DNA of 51,480 nucleotides, from contig DATFQP010000098.1 of NCBI GenBank assembly GCA_035264145.1, forward strand, positions 1 through 51,480, written 5' to 3'. A program made the translations under genes and the position numbers. This document shows positions 10,100 to 20,474 of this stretch, in pieces. The notes beneath the pieces are model-generated. The model saw only the letters and a list, made by a program, of their open reading frames with translations. It searched no databases and was not told the DNA's origin. Origin of the DNA: Propionibacteriaceae bacterium (lineage in GTDB: Bacteria; Actinomycetota; Actinomycetes; Propionibacteriales; Propionibacteriaceae). The number at the start of each line of letters is the position of its first letter. The stretch's first letter is position 1.

Positions 10100-11614
10100 A
10101 TGCCTTCCCTGCCAGCCGCCGACCCGCCGTCCGTTCACCTGATCACCCTGGGATGTGCACGCAACGAGGTGGACTCCGAGGAATTGGCCGCCCGTCTGCT
10201 GGCCGGCGGATACCGGCTGGCGGCCGAACCGGCCGACGCAGACGCGATTGTGGTCAACACCTGCGGTTTCGTCGATGCGGCCAAGAAGGACTCGATTGAC
10301 ACAATCCTGTCAGCCTCTGACCTCAAGGGCACTGAAGGCGATTCGGCGGTCGTGGCGGTCGGCTGCCTGGCCGAACGTTACGGTTCCGAATTGGCGGTCG
10401 CGTTGCCCGAAGCAGACGCGGTTCTGGGATTCGACGCGTACGCCGACATTGCCAGCCGATTGCGGCGGGTCCTGGGCGGTGAGCGACCGGAGGCTCACAT
10501 GCCGCGGGACCGTCGGACGCTGCTACCTCTTGCGCCGGTCGAGCGTCGGGGCAGCCTGACGGCGCTCGCAATTCCGGGTCACTCCACGGCGTCGGAATCG
10601 CCGTCTCAGCGAGCGCTAGACCATGCACAGGCCTTTCCCACAGCTCCGGACACCGCACCCTGGCGGAGCCACCGGCGGCGACTGACCAAGGGGCCCTCCG
10701 CGGCGCTGAAGATCGCATCGGGCTGTGATCGCCGCTGCAGCTTCTGCGCGATTCCCCGGTTCCGCGGATCGTACGTGTCCCGCGCGCCGGAGGACATCAT
10801 CGCCGAGGCGCGGTGGCTCGCCGATTCCGGCGCCCGAGAGCTGTTTCTGGTCAGTGAGAACTCCTCGTCGTACGGCAAAGATCTCGGCAACGTTCGACTG
10901 CTCGAATCACTGCTAGCGGAGCTGGCGGCGGTCGACGCGAGCTGGATTCGGGTCTCGTACCTGCAGCCGGCCGAGATGCGCCCGAGCCTGATCGACGTCA
11001 TGACCGGAACGTCGGGTGTGGTGCCCTACTTCGACCTGTCCTTTCAACACGCGTCGGAACCGGTTCTTCGTCGAATGCGCCGGTTCGGCAACGCCGACCG
11101 CTTCCTCGATCTGCTCGAGTCCATCCGCCAGCGGGCACCCCGTGCGGGCATCCGGAGCAACGTCATTTGCGGCTTCCCCGGGGAGACCGAGGCCGACATC
11201 GCGGTTCTCGAGCAGTTTCTCGCCGCGGCGGGTCTGGACGCGATCGGGGTTTTCGGCTACTCCGATGAGGACGGCACCGAGGCTGCCCGCCTTGACGGGC
11301 AGTTGCCGGCGCGGGAAATAGCAGAGCGCCGGGATCATCTCAGCGACGTCGTGGATTCGCTTGTCGAGGAGCGCGCGGAGTCGAGGATCGGCGAGCGGAT
11401 CGAGGTGCTCGTCGAGGAAGCCGAAGGCGAGTTGATCGGCCGGGCTCAGCATCAGGGCCCGGATTCCGACGGGAGCGTCAGATTGATCAGTGAGCACACG
11501 GTCGGTTCAGGAGGTGTGAGAACTTCTGCCTTGGCGGTTGGTGACCTGGTGGCTGCGCGTGTGGTCGCCACCGAAGGTGCCGATCTGGTCGCTCGATATC
11601 TGGCCGAAGCTTGA
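10100..11614 (+). CDS. rimO: Ribosomal protein S12 methylthiotransferase
   Basis: [33 protein letters not shown] (radical SAM), GFPGET, C-terminal TRAM domain. Confidence 0.95.
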   Translation: MPSLPAADPPSVHLITLGCARNEVDSEELAARLLAGGYRLAAEPADADAIVVNTCGFVDAAKKDSIDTILSASDLKGTEGDSAVVAVGCLAERYGSELAVALPEADAVLGFDAYADIASRLRRVLGGERPEAHMPRDRRTLLPLAPVERRGSLTALAIPGHSTASESPSQRALDHAQAFPTAPDTAPWRSHRRRLTKGPSAALKIASGCDRRCSFCAIPRFRGSYVSRAPEDIIAEARWLADSGARELFLVSENSSSYGKDLGNVRLLESLLAELAAVDASWIRVSYLQPAEMRPSLIDVMTGTSGVVPYFDLSFQHASEPVLRRMRRFGNADRFLDLLESIRQRAPRAGIRSNVICGFPGETEADIAVLEQFLAAAGLDAIGVFGYSDEDGTEAARLDGQLPAREIAERRDHLSDVVDSLVEERAESRIGERIEVLVEEAEGELIGRAQHQGPDSDGSVRLISEHTVGSGGVRTSALAVGDLVAARVVATEGADLVARYLAEA

Positions 11615-11638
11615 CAACCCAGGCAGTATGTTCGGAGC

Positions 11639-12289
11639 ATGCCTGAGGACATCGGACACCGAGGGCAGCGCACCGATGGTGACAGGGTGACGCCCGGCGG
11701 CCGCGGATCCGAGCCAGTGCGCGAGCGTGCGGTCAGTTCGTGGAACGTGCCGAACGCGTTGACGGCGGTGCGCATCTTGTTGGTTCCGCTCTTCGGTTGG
11801 ATGTTGCTTGCACATCCGGATGAGGCGGACTGGCGGTTGGCCACGACCGGCACCTTTCTTGCAGCCATCCTGACCGACACGCTGGACGGTTACCTGGCTC
11901 GCAGACACAATCTGGTCACCCCTTTTGGCAAACTGGCCGATCCCATCGCAGACAAGGCGCTCACCGGGATGGCCTTTGTCGGTCTGTCGATCATCGGCGA
12001 ACTGCCGTGGTGGGTGACGATCACGATCTTGATCCGGGAATGGGGGATCACGGTCATGCGCTTCTTCGTGTTGCGATACGGGGTGATGGCCGCGGGTCGT
12101 GGCGGCAAGATCAAGACCGTCTTGCAGTCGGCGGCTGTGAGCCTGTACCTGCTTCCGCTGCCCCCGTCGGCGCACGTTATTGCGGTTGTCGTCATGATGG
12201 CCGCACTGGTGGTGACCGTGCTCAGCGGCCTTGACTACGTGAGGGACGCGGTGAGACTGCGGCGCTCGGCGCTGGCTGGTCAACGTTGA
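11639..12289 (+). CDS. pgsA: CDP-diacylglycerol--glycerol-3-phosphate 3-phosphatidyltransferase
   Basis: NVPNALT..R and DTLDGYLARRHNLVTPFGKLADPIADK CDP-alcohol phosphotransferase motif. Confidence 0.95.
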   Translation: MPEDIGHRGQRTDGDRVTPGGRGSEPVRERAVSSWNVPNALTAVRILLVPLFGWMLLAHPDEADWRLATTGTFLAAILTDTLDGYLARRHNLVTPFGKLADPIADKALTGMAFVGLSIIGELPWWVTITILIREWGITVMRFFVLRYGVMAAGRGGKIKTVLQSAAVSLYLLPLPPSAHVIAVVVMMAALVVTVLSGLDYVRDAVRLRRSALAGQR

Positions 12290-12813
12290 CCTCGGCGATC
12301 GCCCGCGAGGTGGTCCTCCGCCTGGCGAAGCGCGGTGAAACGCTGGCGACGGCGGAGTCATTGACCGGTGGGCTGATCGGCTCGTTGATCACGGAGGTTC
12401 CTGGTGCCTCAGCAAATTACGTAGGTGGTGCGATCACCTACGCCACCAGCCTGAAGGCCACGCTGGCCGGAGTCCCCGGCCCTGTCCTCGATGCCGATGG
12501 ACCCGTCGCTGAGAGCACTGCCCGAGCGATGGCCGTCGGGATAGCGGCACGATGCGCCGCCGACTGGGGCCTCGCAGTCACTGGAGTGGCAGGCCCTGAG
12601 CCGCAGGACGGCCATCCCGTCGGGGAGGTGCACGTGGCCGTCGCTTACCAACAAGCCGGCGTGGTTCGCTCCAGACGACTCGCGCTGAGCGGAGACCGGG
12701 CCACCATTCGAGGCCTCACCGCCCACCAGGGGCTGCGACTTCTTGCCGATGCGTTGAGCGCAGAGGCGATCCCGCCAGGCTCCGCATCGACAGCTATGAG
12801 CGTGGTCGACTGA
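12286..12813 (+). CDS. cinA: CinA C-terminal / PncC nicotinamide-nucleotide amidohydrolase family
   Basis: ATAESLTGG, PGAS, TY...K and TGVAGP motifs. Confidence 0.92.
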   Translation: MTSAIAREVVLRLAKRGETLATAESLTGGLIGSLITEVPGASANYVGGAITYATSLKATLAGVPGPVLDADGPVAESTARAMAVGIAARCAADWGLAVTGVAGPEPQDGHPVGEVHVAVAYQQAGVVRSRRLALSGDRATIRGLTAHQGLRLLADALSAEAIPPGSASTAMSVVD

Positions 12814-12843
12814 GTTTCTCCCCGAGGTAGGTACAGTTTGCGT

Positions 12844-13170
12844 ATGCGCCCTGAGACTCCGGTCAAGCCCGTGCTGGTCCGTCAGCTGATCGGCGAGTCG
12901 CTGCGTGAGGAGCGTGTCGCCCAGGCTCGCACGCTGCGAGAGGTCTCACGGGCCGCGCAGGTCAGCCTTGGCTACCTCTCCGAGGTGGAACGGGGCCAGA
13001 AGGAGGCCTCGAGCGAACTGCTGGCCGCTATCTGTGCCGCGCTGGATTTACCGCTCTCGACTGTGCTCAATGTGGTGAGCGAGAAGATGGCGATTCACGA
13101 GCAGATCGGCACCGACGAGCGAGTGCGGTCGCTGCCGACGGTTCGAGCCATGGCCCAGGTCGCCGCATAG
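12844..13170 (+). CDS. clgR: XRE-family HTH regulator, ClgR-like
   Basis: [30 protein letters not shown]; follows cinA. ATG 12844 lies 6 nt after a TACAGT -10. Confidence 0.88.
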   Translation: MRPETPVKPVLVRQLIGESLREERVAQARTLREVSRAAQVSLGYLSEVERGQKEASSELLAAICAALDLPLSTVLNVVSEKMAIHEQIGTDERVRSLPTVRAMAQVAA

Positions 13171-13257
13171 CACGCGCACTTTCCCGGCGCCCAGCGGCGT
13201 CGAGCCGGTCAGGCCGCATTTGAGGATCCGCAACGTCGGACGCTCAGAGCGGGCACC

Positions 13258-16200
13258 TCAGACGCCCGGTCGAAGCCGAAGCCCCTGGGGCGTCATCCTG
13301 AAGCCGGCAGTCTGCAGCGCCTCGCTCACGACTGGTGAGGAGAAAACGTGCGCACCGTCGGCGCGCTCGACGGTCAACTTGCCCAGTAGGCCATCGTGGA
13401 CGGCATTGGCCAGCGCGGCTGCTGCCGGATTCAATTTCGAGGGCTCTTCGGTGAACGAGAGCAGTGTCTTGCCGCCCCGTTCGACGTAGAAGATCAGCGC
13501 CCCGCCGACCAGGACCACCAGAGCGCCCGGCTTCCGGCCCGGTCGGTGCCCTTCCCGCTCGGGCCAGGGCAGCGCAGCACCGTACGCATTCGCCGGATCA
13601 CAGGCGGCGAGGACAATTGCAACAGGATCTTCCGGCTCTGGAGAGTACGAGCGCAACCGGTCGACCGCACCAGTGAGCGCGAACTGGGCTGCCCCGAGCC
13701 CCTCCACGAAGTAGCCGCGCCGGCAGTGGCCGGACTCCTCGAGCGCGCTCAGCGCCCGGTATGCGGCGCCGAAGCCACCTTCGGAATTCTCGGTCAACAC
13801 ACTGCCTCGGGTGGCAACCCCGTAACGGTCAAGCTGGGCGAAGATGCTGGCGGCGAGCCGGTCCGCAGCAGAGGGCTCACCTCGGGCGACCAGCGCCCAA
13901 CGGCCGGAAGTCGTCGGCGAAGCCGTCCGCGGCAGCCGGGTGGACCGATTGACACCCCGGCCACCAAGGCCCCGGCGAACCGCTCGACCGGTGGGCAGGT
14001 TCGGCCTGCGATGGGTGCCCCGTCGAGCCAGGGAGCGCACCGGGCCAAACGTGTCGCCCGTCACCAATCCTGCCCACACCAGATCCCAGAGCGCGGCCAC
14101 GTATTCAGATCGACCGGCTGCGGCCAATCCCGGCGGCAGCAGCGAATCGAAGAAATACGCGCCACCGCCGGCAAGCGCGGCAAGCAGCTCTTGACTGCGG
14201 TAGTGCGCTGGCTCGACCTGGGGCGGATGTGGTTCCTGGTCGGCGAGGTACCAGCGAACCCATCCGTCGGCATCACCGATCGCACCGTCACCCACCCAGT
14301 AGACCTCGCCACTGGATGTGAGCTCGTCCAGCATGGCCGGGGAGTAGTTCACCACTCGAGACGGCAGGACGACCGCTTCCACGGCGCTTGCCGGCAAGGC
14401 GTAGCCAGACATCTGCTCCAGCGCACTGAGTACCGCATCTGTGCCGCGCTGCCCCGATCCGACGCCCTGCCACGCCGGGAGGAAGCGGGCGTAGGCGACC
14501 TGCTCAACCGGCTCAACGCTCTTACGCAAGCCGGCGAGCGTACGGCGCTTGATCAGCGAGAGGACCTTCGCGTAACAGTACTGACGGACGCTGGACGAGG
14601 TTGCACGCACGTCACCGGTTCGGGAACCTCGGGACTCCGCGGGCCCTTCACCCGATCCTGTCCCGCCAGCGGGTAGATCCACGAACGTGCCACGGACCAG
14701 GGTGCCCGGCCCCACCAGGGTGTCGCAGGCCGCCTCGACGACTGCCCGACCAAGCCCGTAGCGCTCGGCAATAGTGGAGGCGAGGAAGGGACCATGGGTC
14801 CGAGCCCAGCGCAGCACAAGATCGTCGATGGGATGTGTCGCGGGCTCGTTGAACGTGGCCGCGATGCCTGGTGGAACGGGGATACCGAGGCCGTCCCGGA
14901 GTCGCGGAATGTCCTCGGTGACAGCCAACATCTCCTGGCCGGCGATGCGCACACCGACCACCCGGCGATCGGCAATCAGCCGGCCGAGCGCCACCTCGAG
15001 GTTGAGCTCGGAGCTACTGCGTGCAGCCAGCTCCGGTACCGTGAAGGGTCCCGCCGTCCGTAGCAGATCGAAGAGCTGCTCGGCTCCGGATGCCCGCCGC
15101 TCGGCGCTGAGGCCCTGCAGGTCGCGCTCGATGTTGGCGATCACGTCGGCATCGAGCAGTTCGGCGAGGCCGTCCTTGCCGAGCAGTTCTGCCAGCAACG
15201 AGGCGTCCAGCGCCAGCGCCGCTGCTTTCTTCTCGGCCAGCGGCACATCGCCTTCGTAGACGAAGGCACCGACGTAGCCGAACAGCAGCGACTTGGCGAA
15301 CGGTGACGGCTCCGAGGTTTCCACGTCGACCACTCGAATGGAACGTGCCGCGATCTGCGACAGGGTGTCGTGCAGCCCCGCTAGATCGAAGACGTCGGTG
15401 AGACACTCGCGCATCGTTTCGAGCACGATGGGAAACTCCGGATACTGTGCCGCCACTGTCAGTAGCTGGGCCGATCGCATCCGCTGCTGCCACAGGGGCG
15501 ATCGTGACTTCGGATCTCGCCGCGGAAGCAACAGGGCCCGGGCCGCGCTCTCCCGGAACCGAGCAGCGAACAGTGCGGATCCCCCGACTTCATCGGTGAT
15601 GACCGCATCAAGAAGGTCGGGATCACACATGATCAGTTCGGCGGTCGGTGGTTCGGATTCCGTGTCGGGTATCCGGAGCACGATGCCGTCGTTGGTGGCC
15701 GTGGCCTGGACCTCCATGCCGTAGCGTTCCCGCGCCGCATGCTCGATGGCCAATGCCCAGGGAGTCAACACTCCGGACCCGAGGGCAGAGTGAACGCAAA
15801 CGCGCCAGTCGCCGAGCTCGTCGCGGAAGCGCTCGAAAACGATCGTCTGGTCTGTGGGTAGCACCCCTGTCGCTGCCGCTTGTTCTTTGAGGTAGTTGAT
15901 CAAGTTTCTCGCGGCGAAGTCGTCGAGGCCCGCTTTCCGGAGTCGCTGTTCGGCAGGTTCACCCGATAGACCGCCTAGCTCACGGACGAATTGGCCGAAC
16001 GCGCGGCCGAGTTCGCGCGGGCGGCCCGGCGAGTCACCCTTCCAGAACGGCAGCCGTCCCGGGGTTCCCGGAGCAGGGGAGACCAGGACCTGATCGTGCG
16101 TAATCTGCTCGACGCGCCAGCTGGTCGTACCGAGCGTGAACACATCACCCACCCTCGTTTCGTAGACCATCTCCTCGTCGAGTTCACCTACCCGCCGGCC

Positions 16201-17919
16201 GGCAGCGTGGCGGCCGGAGGCATTGCCCTCGCCGACCAGGAAGACGCCGAACAAGCCTCGGTCTGGAATCGTTCCGCCCGACGTCGCAGCCAGTCGCAGG
16301 GCACCAGGCCGGGCAGTCAGCAATCCGGTGTCGCGGTGCCAGATCAGACGAGGACGCAGCTCGGCGAAGTCCTCGGACGGATACCGGCCTGACAGCATGT
16401 CCAACACTGCTTCGAAGCCGCTGTGCGGCAGCTCTCGGAAGCCGTCGGCCCGGCGCACAAGGGCGTAGACGTCGTCGGCTTTCAGCTCTTCGGCGGCCAC
16501 CATGGCCACGATCTGCTGGGCCAGCACGTCCAGTGGATTACGAAGCTCGGCGACTTCCTCGATGGCCCCTTGACGCATGCGCTCCACCACGACCGCCGAC
16601 TCGATCAGATCACCTCGATGGTTGGGAAAGAACACTCCGCGGGAGGTGGCGCCGACGTGGTGCCCTGCCCGCCCGACGCGCTGCAGTCCACTGGCCACAG
16701 ATGGAGGTGCCTCGACTTGAACCACAACGTCGACCGATCCCATGTCGATGCCGAGCTCGAGCGAGGACGTGGCTACGACGCACGGCAGCAGCCCCGACTT
16801 CAGGTCGGACTCAATCAGGGCCCGTTGCTCCTTGCTGACAGAGCCGTGGTGCGCTCGAGCGATGGCCGGCACCACGGAGCCGTCTCGGCCCGCTGAAGCA
16901 CCCGACTGAGCCATCACCTCGGCAGGTGGCGCAAATGTGTCCGCAGGTTGGCCGAGCTTCTCGGCGTGCAGCTCGTTGAGATGAGCGGTGAGCCGCTCGG
17001 CCAGCCGGCGGGAGTTGGCGAAGACGATGGTCGAGCGGTGCCGTCCGATGAGGTCCAGGATCTGGTTCTCCACGTGTGGCCAGATCGACGGCGGCCGACG
17101 AGGTGTCACCTCGTCATCGATCGCGGGCGGAGACTCAACGGGAGCCGGAGCCGCGGATGCGCCGAGATCGCTCATGTCCTCGACCGGGACCACGATCGAG
17201 AGGTCCCAGGATTTGACCGCCGGTGGAGCAACGACCTGCACCGGGTGGGGTCCGCCCAGGAAACGAGCGACCCGCTTCGGCGGCCGGACAGTTGCCGACA
17301 ACCCGATCCGTTGAACGGGTCGGGTTCCGCCGGAATCGACGACCAGCTGGTCCAGCCGTTCGAGGGACAGCGCCAGGTGCGCGCCCCGCTTGGTCCCGGC
17401 CAGCGCGTGTACCTCATCGACGATCACGGTCTCCACGTGTCGGAGCACCTCGCGAGCTGACGAGGTCAGCATCAAGAAAAGCGACTCGGGTGTGGTGATC
17501 AGGATGTCCGGCGGTCGAGTGGCAATCGCCCGGCGCTCCGACGCCGCCGTGTCCCCAGACCGGACGGCCACCGTCACGCTGGGCGGCGGCTGACCACTTC
17601 GGAGCGCGACTTGGGTGATGCCAGTCAGTGGCGCCCGGAGGTTGCGCTCGACATCGACCGCCAGCGCTTTGAGCGGCGAGACGTACAGCACTCGGCAGCG
17701 CTGCTTCGCCGGCGGAATGGCGCCTCGGGTCAGCTTGTCCAAGGCCCAGAGAAAGGCCGCAAGCGTCTTGCCGGATCCCGTCGGAGCAATGACCAACGCG
17801 TTGTCACCGGCTGAAATCGCCTGCCAGGCACCCGCCTGTGCCTGGGTAGGGGCTGCGAAGACTTCCTGAAACCAGGTGCGGGTGGCGTGCGTGAAGTTGT
17901 CGAGCGGATCTGGCGGCAC
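13258..17919 (-). CDS. lhr: Lhr-family ATP-dependent helicase, full-length form
   Basis: APTGSGKT, DEVH, GLSAT, HHGS, ATSSLELGID and QRVGRAGH; C-terminal RRGYFVEGLGAAQF and DPANAYG. Confidence 0.96.
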   Translation of the reverse strand: MPPDPLDNFTHATRTWFQEVFAAPTQAQAGAWQAISAGDNALVIAPTGSGKTLAAFLWALDKLTRGAIPPAKQRCRVLYVSPLKALAVDVERNLRAPLTGITQVALRSGQPPPSVTVAVRSGDTAASERRAIATRPPDILITTPESLFLMLTSSAREVLRHVETVIVDEVHALAGTKRGAHLALSLERLDQLVVDSGGTRPVQRIGLSATVRPPKRVARFLGGPHPVQVVAPPAVKSWDLSIVVPVEDMSDLGASAAPAPVESPPAIDDEVTPRRPPSIWPHVENQILDLIGRHRSTIVFANSRRLAERLTAHLNELHAEKLGQPADTFAPPAEVMAQSGASAGRDGSVVPAIARAHHGSVSKEQRALIESDLKSGLLPCVVATSSLELGIDMGSVDVVVQVEAPPSVASGLQRVGRAGHHVGATSRGVFFPNHRGDLIESAVVVERMRQGAIEEVAELRNPLDVLAQQIVAMVAAEELKADDVYALVRRADGFRELPHSGFEAVLDMLSGRYPSEDFAELRPRLIWHRDTGLLTARPGALRLAATSGGTIPDRGLFGVFLVGEGNASGRHAAGRRVGELDEEMVYETRVGDVFTLGTTSWRVEQITHDQVLVSPAPGTPGRLPFWKGDSPGRPRELGRAFGQFVRELGGLSGEPAEQRLRKAGLDDFAARNLINYLKEQAAATGVLPTDQTIVFERFRDELGDWRVCVHSALGSGVLTPWALAIEHAARERYGMEVQATATNDGIVLRIPDTESEPPTAELIMCDPDLLDAVITDEVGGSALFAARFRESAARALLLPRRDPKSRSPLWQQRMRSAQLLTVAAQYPEFPIVLETMRECLTDVFDLAGLHDTLSQIAARSIRVVDVETSEPSPFAKSLLFGYVGAFVYEGDVPLAEKKAAALALDASLLAELLGKDGLAELLDADVIANIERDLQGLSAERRASGAEQLFDLLRTAGPFTVPELAARSSSELNLEVALGRLIADRRVVGVRIAGQEMLAVTEDIPRLRDGLGIPVPPGIAATFNEPATHPIDDLVLRWARTHGPFLASTIAERYGLGRAVVEAACDTLVGPGTLVRGTFVDLPAGGTGSGEGPAESRGSRTGDVRATSSSVRQYCYAKVLSLIKRRTLAGLRKSVEPVEQVAYARFLPAWQGVGSGQRGTDAVLSALEQMSGYALPASAVEAVVLPSRVVNYSPAMLDELTSSGEVYWVGDGAIGDADGWVRWYLADQEPHPPQVEPAHYRSQELLAALAGGGAYFFDSLLPPGLAAAGRSEYVAALWDLVWAGLVTGDTFGPVRSLARRGTHRRPNLPTGRAVRRGLGGRGVNRSTRLPRTASPTTSGRWALVARGEPSAADRLAASIFAQLDRYGVATRGSVLTENSEGGFGAAYRALSALEESGHCRRGYFVEGLGAAQFALTGAVDRLRSYSPEPEDPVAIVLAACDPANAYGAALPWPEREGHRPGRKPGALVVLVGGALIFYVERGGKTLLSFTEEPSKLNPAAAALANAVHDGLLGKLTVERADGAHVFSSPVVSEALQTAGFRMTPQGLRLRPGV

Positions 17920-17925
17920 AGAACT

Positions 17926-17948
17926 ATCTTGCCTGGCCGTACCGACAG
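17926..17948 (-). promoter_or_regulatory. RecA-NDp / PafBC-type DNA-damage promoter of lhr, leaderless
   Basis: Minus strand CTGTCGGTA-N8-CAAGAT, 6 nt before the GTG start; close to the tTGTCRgtg-N8-TAnnnT consensus. Confidence 0.7.
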
Positions 17949-18046
17949 TGGAGCGGAGGAATTCCGTGCCAGAGTTCGGTGATGACCGCTGGCTTGGGCC
18001 CGAAAAGCACTCCGAGAATCCGGGTCACCCAGGTACGGTGTCCCCC

Positions 18047-19024
18047 GTGACTGCGACGCCAACGGCACCCACCGGGGCGTCCCCGACGAGCCAGGTCTCA
18101 AACCACGAATTGACCAGATGGCTGCCAGGCATGCTGGTGCTCGGTGCGATCTGGGGTTCGAGCTTCTTGTTCATCAAGGTCAGTGTGTCGGAGCTGCAAC
18201 CGCTCTACGTCGCACTGGGACGGGTGGCCAGCGGCGCGCTTGTGCTGTTGTTGATCCTGCTTGCTACGGGCAGATGGCTGCCGCGAGAAGCCGGCACCTG
18301 GGGGCACAATGCGGTGATCGCGGTCATCGGTGTCGTTCTCCCCTTCACTCTCTTCGGTTACGGCGAGCAGCGCATCTCCTCCATCCTTGCCGGCATCTGG
18401 AATTCCGTCACTCCACTCGTCGTCCTGCCGCTCGCCGTGATGGCTTTTCGGACCGAGAAGATGTCCGCCCGGCGGCTGATCGGCCTGCTACTCGGACTGA
18501 TCGGCGCGCTGATCATCCTGGGGGTCTGGCAAGGTGCAGGAGGCGCCTCGCTGAGCGGCCAGTTGTTGTGTCTGGCGGCTGCGTCCTGTTATGGCGTGGC
18601 CATTCCGTACACCCGGAAGTTCGTCTCTCCCCGACCCGAGTCGGGGATCGTGATGTCAGCGGTCCAACTGATCGTCGCCACCGTCGTCCTGAGCATCCTT
18701 GCGCCGCTGGTGAGCGGAACCGTACCCGACGTGCGTGGCCTGTCGTGGCCCGTGATCGGCTCGGTCCTCACCCTTGGTGCGGTCGGCACAGGAATCGCTT
18801 TCGTAATCCACCTGCGCAACATCCGTCTCGTCGGTGCCAGTACAGCGTCGATGGTGACCTACATCATCCCGGTGTTCGCGACGGTGGTCGGCGTTGTCGT
18901 TCTCGGTGAAGGGATCACGTGGTATCAACCGGTGGGGGCAGCGCTGGTCCTGCTCGGCGTTGCCGTTGCCGAGGGGATGCTGTTCAGCCGAACCCCCACG
19001 CTCGGTAGCAAGCCGGTGCGGTGA
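18047..19024 (+). CDS. EamA/DMT family transporter
   Basis: About 10 hydrophobic segments; IWGSSFLFIK, EQRISSILAGIWNS and ASMVTYIIPVFA. GTG 18047 lies 7 nt after TACGGT and avoids the overlap with lhr. Confidence 0.9.
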   Translation: MTATPTAPTGASPTSQVSNHELTRWLPGMLVLGAIWGSSFLFIKVSVSELQPLYVALGRVASGALVLLLILLATGRWLPREAGTWGHNAVIAVIGVVLPFTLFGYGEQRISSILAGIWNSVTPLVVLPLAVMAFRTEKMSARRLIGLLLGLIGALIILGVWQGAGGASLSGQLLCLAAASCYGVAIPYTRKFVSPRPESGIVMSAVQLIVATVVLSILAPLVSGTVPDVRGLSWPVIGSVLTLGAVGTGIAFVIHLRNIRLVGASTASMVTYIIPVFATVVGVVVLGEGITWYQPVGAALVLLGVAVAEGMLFSRTPTLGSKPVR

Positions 19025-19215
19025 AGGAAACCGAGCTCTGGCAACGGCTCCAGCACCACCTGGGCGCCGGTTATTACCGCGTCTGGGCGGCCGAATTCAG
19101 CCTGGCGGCTCTGCAGCATCGGACTGTGGTGCAGGCGCTGCGCGAGGGCGAGTCGTCCAAAACCATCTGGCGGGCGGTCTGGGAAGCACTCGAGCTGTCC
19201 GATCGCGACCGGTAG
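19021..19215 (+). CDS. DUF3046 family protein
   Basis: 64 aa, MKETELWQRL..HLG..Y...RTV.QAL..G...K.IWRAVW; usual neighbour upstream of actinobacterial recA. Confidence 0.88.
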   Translation: MKETELWQRLQHHLGAGYYRVWAAEFSLAALQHRTVVQALREGESSKTIWRAVWEALELSDRDR

Positions 19216-19259
19216 CACCTCGCCACCCCTCTCGGAACTGTCGGCGTGTCGGTGGTGGC

Positions 19260-19275
19260 TCGAACACTCGTTCGG
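19260..19275. promoter_or_regulatory. LexA (SOS) box upstream of recA
   Basis: TCGAAC-ACTC-GTTCGG, a perfect CGAAC-N4-GTTCG. Confidence 0.9.
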
Positions 19276-19340
19276 TAAGTTGTCCACTGAGCCGGATCAC
19301 GCCCGAGCGGCTGTCCACAGATGCGTGGTCCACTGAACGA

Positions 19341-19363
19341 TTGTCAGTGCTCGTCCTTACAGT
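19341..19363 (+). promoter_or_regulatory. RecA-NDp / PafBC-type promoter of recA
   Basis: TTGTCAGTG-CTCGTCCT-TACAGT, an exact match to tTGTCRgtg-N8-TAnnnT. Confidence 0.88.
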
Positions 19364-19427
19364 CTTCGGCGCAAGCTCACCCGAGACGCAGGAACGGCGC
19401 CCGGACGGATGATGAGGAAGGACCACG

Positions 19428-20474
19428 ATGGCCACAGAGGACCGTGAGAAGGCGCTCGAAACCGCGCTGGCTCAGATAGACAAGCAGTACGGCAAGGGTT
19501 CGGTCATGCGCCTCGGCGATGAAGTCCGGGCGCCGATCGAGATTATCCCCAGCGGATCCATCGCCCTGGACCTGGCGTTGGGCATCGGCGGGCTGCCGCG
19601 GGGTCGAGTCGTCGAGATCTACGGTCCTGAGTCGAGCGGCAAGACGACGGTGGCCCTGCACGCCATCGCCAATGCCCAGGCCGCCGGTGGGATCTGCGCA
19701 TTCATCGACGCCGAGCACGCGTTGGATCCTGAGTACGCGGCGAAGCTTGGCGTCGATACAGATTCCCTGCTGGTCAGCCAGCCGGACAACGGGGAGCAAG
19801 CCCTGGAGATCGCGGACATGTTGGTTCGCTCCGGTGCCCTGTCGTTGATCGTGATCGACTCGGTGGCCGCCTTGACCCCGCGGGCCGAGATCGAGGGGGA
19901 GATGGGTGACAGTCATGTCGGTCTACAGGCTCGGTTGATGAGCCAGGCCCTGCGCAAGATGACCGGTGCCCTGAGTGGGGCCAACACCACTGCGATCTTC
20001 ATCAACCAGCTGCGGGAGAAGATCGGTGTCATGTTCGGCTCACCGGAGACGACGACCGGCGGCCGTGCGCTGAAGTTCTACGCCTCGATACGGCTCGACG
20101 TACGTCGGATCGAGACGTTGAAGGATGGGCAGGAAATGGTCGGCAACCGGACTCGCGTCAAAGTAGTGAAGAACAAAGTGGCACCGCCCTTCAAGCAGGC
20201 GGAGTTCGACATCCTTTACGGGCAAGGGATCAGCCGCGAGGGCAGCCTGATCGACCTCGGCGTTGACACTGGGATCATTCGCAAGGCTGGTGCCTGGTTC
20301 ACCTACGACGCCGATCAGTTGGGCCAAGGGCGGGAGAATGCCCGTGCCTATCTACGGAACAATCCTGATTTGGCTAATGAGCTCGAGAAGCGGATCAAGG
20401 AACGGATGGGTATCGGCCCTCGGCTCGATGCGCCAGCTGGGATCGATCCGGTGACTGGTGAGGTGGAGTTCTGA
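19428..20474 (+). CDS. recA: Recombinase A, no intein
   Basis: [34 protein letters not shown] and GGRALKFY. Confidence 0.99.
   Translation: MATEDREKALETALAQIDKQYGKGSVMRLGDEVRAPIEIIPSGSIALDLALGIGGLPRGRVVEIYGPESSGKTTVALHAIANAQAAGGICAFIDAEHALDPEYAAKLGVDTDSLLVSQPDNGEQALEIADMLVRSGALSLIVIDSVAALTPRAEIEGEMGDSHVGLQARLMSQALRKMTGALSGANTTAIFINQLREKIGVMFGSPETTTGGRALKFYASIRLDVRRIETLKDGQEMVGNRTRVKVVKNKVAPPFKQAEFDILYGQGISREGSLIDLGVDTGIIRKAGAWFTYDADQLGQGRENARAYLRNNPDLANELEKRIKERMGIGPRLDAPAGIDPVTGEVEF

Noticed and set aside
13396-14676. Long antisense/shadow ORFs (e.g. 13396-14676, 4650-5669, 40896-41966, 47120-48166, 38417-39241)
   Set aside because: They lie opposite well-supported genes, lack recognisable motifs, and are expected from stop-codon scarcity in high-GC DNA.
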